Source: Chrysochromulina tobinii (Eukaryota). From it: a stretch of 20,000 bases of DNA. The stretch is from the NCBI GenBank assembly GCA_001275005.1, contig JWZX01003318.1, forward strand, positions 48,705 through 68,704, in the 5' to 3' direction. Both the position numbers and the translations under genes were made by a program. Shown here in pieces: positions 16,476 through 20,000 of the stretch. How positions within the stretch are numbered: position 1 is the stretch's first letter; the number at the start of each line of letters is the position of its first letter. The notes under the pieces were generated by a model that was not told the DNA's origin, ran no database searches, and was given only the letters and a program-made list of their open reading frames with translations.

Positions 16476-18333
16476 GAGTTGCTGTGGGCGCAAGCATGGC
16501 GTGGTCCTCTGCTCAGAACGCGCCGACGTGGGAGCCTCTCGGCCTCCGAGCCTTCCTTCCGCTTCGGGCCGCGCGCCGTCCGCAGGCGCCGACACGGTGC
16601 CAGCGGGCGGCGCAGCACCGTCGGCGGGCGGCGGCACAGCGGCCTCTTCGGCCGCATGCCCCGAGTGGTTGAGCGAGCGCGATGTGAGCGAGTTGTGCGG
16701 ATATCATGAGCCAACACTCGCCCGGGCTCGCGACCTGTGCGCCGACGGGCGCGTCAGCCTCGGACCGATCGAACCCAACGGCCGCGGCCTCGTTGTGTGC
16801 TTCAGTGGCAAGTGCGGGGGCACTCAGGGGGAAGTGTACTCCCTCAGCGTGGAGCTCGCGCCGCCGCCCCGCCCGTTGCTCGAGCGCCGATCGTGCAGCT
16901 GCGCGCACTATGTGGGGACCCTCAGTGCTCGTGATCCGTTTGGGGACGGCACGCAGCGCTTGTGCAAACACCAGTGTGCCATGCTCCTACTGGCGCTTGA
17001 GGGTCCTGCCGTGGCAGCACCGCCTGCGGCAGCGGCAGCAGCGCCGGCGGCGGCGGCGGCGGCGGTGGCGGCAGAGGCAGCAGTGGCAGCAGTGCCGGCG
17101 GCGAACGGTGCCACAAAGGCCGCGCCCTCATCATCCACTGTTGCACCTGCCCCGGCGGCCACAGGTGCACCTGCATCCACCAGTGCCCCGGCGGCCAGCA
17201 CGAAGCCTGCAGTTCGTCGGCTTCGCTCCATGCCCAACTTCATGGCGGCGGGTGGCCTCAAAGGTGCGGCTACCAATGGCGCCGTGTCGGGCGCCGGCAC
17301 CAAGCGCAAAGCCACTGACCCGCCCGCGCGCGCCGTGGCGGGCGCCAGCGCAGACGGCTGCGCGGTGCCATGCAGGTCTGCGTCGGCGCCGGCCGCGCCC
17401 GTGGCACCAGCGGCAGCGGTAGCCTCAGCAGCCTCGGCGCCGGCAGCCTCGGCCTTGGGCGGCGCAACGGCAGCCACAGGCCCAACGCCGTCCTCGTCCT
17501 CTGCGAGAGAGATGGAGGTGGAGGTGCCACGACCGTTACAGCCCGCCGACCTCCCACGACCGTTACAGCCCGCCGACCTTTCACGGCTGGCCCGACAGAC
17601 GCTCGCTCGGATGGGCCGTGGCCCTTTCATCTCCTCCGCCCCCACCTCCGCTCCCACCTCCGCTCTCAATGGCGTCTTGGGCGCTGCGGCGGGCGCTGTG
17701 TTGGGCGGCGTCCCTGTCGGCGGCGTGGTGGGCGCTGTGTTGGGCATCAAGCGACTCGACGACGACAGCAGCGATGAGGAGGCCGTTTGGGGCGCCGTGT
17801 CGGGCGCTGGCTCGGTTGGAGCTCGGCGCGATCTGCCAAGCGCCCTGCCGCTGCACGCTGTGGGTCGTGGTGGCGCTCATCACGGCGCTCGTGCGCCCGT
17901 GCTGAGGCCGCGTGGCCGCGCGCCCAACGGCTCCAACGGTCGTCCGATGCTCTGGTGCTCCAATACATGCAGTTGGCGGGAGGACAGCGTCAGCCGCATA
18001 CCGCGACCGCTGGCGCACCCGATGCCCCTCGCCAGCCATCTCAGCCATCTCAGCCATCTCAGCGATGCTGTGCACGCCCCCTGCCCGCCGCGCGTCGTGA
18101 TGAGCACTTGTATGCACGCCCCATGCCCGCCGCCGGCTGCTCCGGCGACGATCGACTTGACAATGCGCGGTGCCGCGGCCACTGCTGATCGGCCGCCCGC
18201 GCCGTTGGCGGGAAATGGAGCGCCGCCGCCGGTGGCTGCGTCGAGTGCCGACAGGCCCATGGTGGAGCGCGTAAATATGGAGCGCGAGTCGAAACGAGAC
18301 GCGCTTTATGCGGCCATCTTTGACGACGATTGA
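16255..18333 (+). CDS. SWIM zinc-finger protein with a long Ala/Pro-rich disordered tail
   Basis: LARARDL...GKCGGTQGEVYSLSVEL...RSCSC...LCKHQCAMLL (CxC 16894-16902, CKH 16963-16971) is a SWIM CxC-xn-CxH finger. True 5' end unresolved; first in-frame ATG is near 16408. Confidence 0.8.
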   Translation: MQRVYAAAAVRAAGAAAEAAAEAAAVAAAVAAAVRRSALVPAARVATRAASMLPLVLDGSMHSCDGAHDGALVESCCGRKHGVVLCSERADVGASRPPSLPSASGRAPSAGADTVPAGGAAPSAGGGTAASSAACPEWLSERDVSELCGYHEPTLARARDLCADGRVSLGPIEPNGRGLVVCFSGKCGGTQGEVYSLSVELAPPPRPLLERRSCSCAHYVGTLSARDPFGDGTQRLCKHQCAMLLLALEGPAVAAPPAAAAAAPAAAAAAVAAEAAVAAVPAANGATKAAPSSSTVAPAPAATGAPASTSAPAASTKPAVRRLRSMPNFMAAGGLKGAATNGAVSGAGTKRKATDPPARAVAGASADGCAVPCRSASAPAAPVAPAAAVASAASAPAASALGGATAATGPTPSSSSAREMEVEVPRPLQPADLPRPLQPADLSRLARQTLARMGRGPFISSAPTSAPTSALNGVLGAAAGAVLGGVPVGGVVGAVLGIKRLDDDSSDEEAVWGAVSGAGSVGARRDLPSALPLHAVGRGGAHHGARAPVLRPRGRAPNGSNGRPMLWCSNTCSWREDSVSRIPRPLAHPMPLASHLSHLSHLSDAVHAPCPPRVVMSTCMHAPCPPPAAPATIDLTMRGAAATADRPPAPLAGNGAPPPVAASSADRPMVERVNMERESKRDALYAAIFDDD
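16272..16357 (+). repeat. 12-bp tandem repeat (ggcagcggcggw)n, reading (GSGG)n or (AAAE/V)n depending on frame
   Basis: Read directly; lies in the overlap of the two ORFs. Confidence 0.85.
17527..17580 (+). repeat. 27-bp coding tandem duplication (PRPLQPADL x2)
   Basis: ccacgaccgttacagcccgccgacct occurs twice in tandem. Confidence 0.9.
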
Positions 18334-18725
18334 TGTTGAGAGGAGATGCGAGTGTGCGAGAGATACTGTTTGGGTTACGCTACGTGTACTCCGTGTGGCA
18401 CGCTGTACGCTTTCTGCATCTCTGGGCCGCTCGCTTTTCTCGGCATAGTGTTTCACGGCACAGAATCGAGAATGATTGTTCGGAAACACCCTAGGTACAG
18501 GGTAACCCACCTGAGTACCCGTACATCAGTGTCGAGAGTGCGCTGAAACCTCCCCCCTAACTTACCCTTACGCCTAAGGTCAAAATCTGCTGTTGCGGAC
18601 TCGGCAGGTCAACCTCGGAACTAACCTCGAGGAGGCTCTGCAGTACCGACTGTCCGATGTCGATCCCGCGGTTTTCCACAAGATCCATTCACATGAATTT
18701 GCTCAAAACAACGCGACGTAAAGAA

Positions 18726-19229
18726 ATGGCGTCACCGAAGGGTGATGACTTTTTCCGCGACGCTCCCGATTCTGTCAAGAAGATCCGCGAGGACTGGGGC
18801 TGGGTTCAGGGCATGTACGCCAAGGCAACGAGCGGCACGTACATGGCCGATAATATCCGCGCGTCGAGCAAGTCGATGCGCAGCACAGCCTCATCGGTCG
18901 CTGACATGGGCGACAGTTTCACCTACATGACCAGGCAGCTGACGACGCCGCCCGCATTCGTGGAGCGCTACAAGGAGACGTTTCTCGACGTCCGCCGCCG
19001 CTTCAAGGCGCCCATCGTCGCCTTCATCGCCGGGATCTCCGTGCTCCCCGCAGTGTTCGCTGGTCCAGGCAAGATGGAAAAGCTGCGGGTAGCCTCGCGC
19101 AATCTGATCATCTTCGGCGGTGGCGCATCGGTGGTCCTGTATCCCGAGCTTGTGATGCGTGCGGCTCCTACGGTCGCGAAGAGCGTCGACGCAGTGCAGG
19201 TTGCCGTTTCGGGCCGGATCTCAAAGTGA
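18726..19229 (+). CDS. Small two-TM membrane protein (167 aa), possibly MICOS MIC26/MIC27 (ApoO)-like
   Basis: ATG in aaATGG context with GC3-biased codons. A helical N-terminal half precedes two hydrophobic segments separated by a basic linker, ending GGGASVVLYPE. Confidence 0.7.
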   Translation: MASPKGDDFFRDAPDSVKKIREDWGWVQGMYAKATSGTYMADNIRASSKSMRSTASSVADMGDSFTYMTRQLTTPPAFVERYKETFLDVRRRFKAPIVAFIAGISVLPAVFAGPGKMEKLRVASRNLIIFGGGASVVLYPELVMRAAPTVAKSVDAVQVAVSGRISK

Positions 19230-19865
19230 TTACGTCCGGGCATCATGCATGCCCGGTCGGAGCGGCAAGCGGTTCGACGGCGTTCAAGGCTTGTTTTCGC
19301 GACAGCTCTGAACATCATTTAAGTAGTCTCACACACACGTGCGACAAAAGGAAGCTTAGGTCCGGACCGCCCGCTCCGACCTCCCGGCTCGGACGCGGCG
19401 CGCCGGACCGCGTGGTCACACGCCCCGGCGGTCCGCGGTCGGACGCGCACCGCGAGGAGACTCGCGCCAACCGCGCCTACCGCCTTGGCGAGCGTCCGCG
19501 GCATTCTAAAAATTCAATCCCATAACGAGCTCACGTCCGAGAAATTGCCCGGCCCGACGGCGACGTCGCCGAATGCCGTTGCCGATGGCCGTAGCCCGTA
19601 CCCGTCAGCGTTTCACACCGGGCCGGCGGCGTCGCTCCGGACCGGACTCCGCTCTCCGGTCCGTCCGGTGCGTCGGTCCCGGGTCCGCGGCGGTACTCAC
19701 CTCCGGTACATAGTCGATTCGGTCGGGCTTTCAGTTTCATTCACCGGCGTCTCGTCAACGCCGCAACTAACTCTTGAAACCTGGAGGCCCACACCCCTCC
19801 TCAACACCTAGTCCTGCGTGCCCTACCATCGATTCACCGTGTAGGCGCGGCCGAGTGTTTAACAC

Positions 19866-20000
19866 TCAAGTGAGCTCCTCCTCTGAGAGGCCGTCGTCCG
19901 CTTCGAAGCGGTTTTTGGCTGGGGGCGGCGGCGGAGGAGCACGAGGAGGAGGCGCCGCGGCGGCGGACGGACGGCTCCCGATCACGGCACTCCCGCCGCC
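19866..20000 (-). CDS. 3' end of a gene running in from beyond the window
   Basis: Open frame GGGSAVIGSRPSAAAAPPPRAPPPPPPAKNRFEADDGLSEEELT* with TGA at 19868-19866. Confidence 0.55.
   Translation of the reverse strand, partial: GGGSAVIGSRPSAAAAPPPRAPPPPPPAKNRFEADDGLSEEELT

Noticed and set aside
796..18510. Many long antisense or alternate-frame ORFs (e.g. 796-1557, 9096-9704, 15866-16717, 16908-17750, 17581-18510)
   Set aside because: Shadows of GC3-rich real genes; low-complexity translations with no motifs.
18551..18578. Telomere-like CCCTAA remnant
   Set aside because: Only one exact hexamer plus degenerate neighbours; not a tandem array.

Overview
A GC-rich, gene-dense, almost intron-free eukaryotic window; a protist or microalga, possibly a haptophyte (inference from SLBP, RING, KH and SF3B1 sequences, one GT-AG intron and coding style). 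Left to right: (1) a long gene interrupted by an in-frame TAG and a homopolymer frameshift, encoding helical domain + KH + coiled coil + RGG + C-terminal RING (MEX3-like); (2) a two-exon trichome-birefringence-like (TBL) O-acetyltransferase whose intron is mostly a 5x65-bp tandem array and ends in a decayed copy of the preceding exon end; (3) a ~2.4-kb, partly lower-GC island (5.5-7.9 kb) holding broken gene pieces (an SF3B1 fragment and a frameshifted PBZ zinc-finger 5' end), two orphan ORFs and repeats; (4) a divergent pair of a BLUF-like/TEX47-type gene and a coiled-coil gene; (5) an intronless bacterial-type MMPL/RND transporter; (6) histone stem-loop binding protein SLBP, divergent from a degenerate kinase/HAD-like ORF that overlaps a SWIM-finger ORF; (7) a small membrane protein with MIC26/27-like features, a palindrome-rich non-coding block and the 3' end of a further gene. 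No CRISPR, tRNA or rRNA seen. All family calls come from motif recognition by eye; no searches were run.
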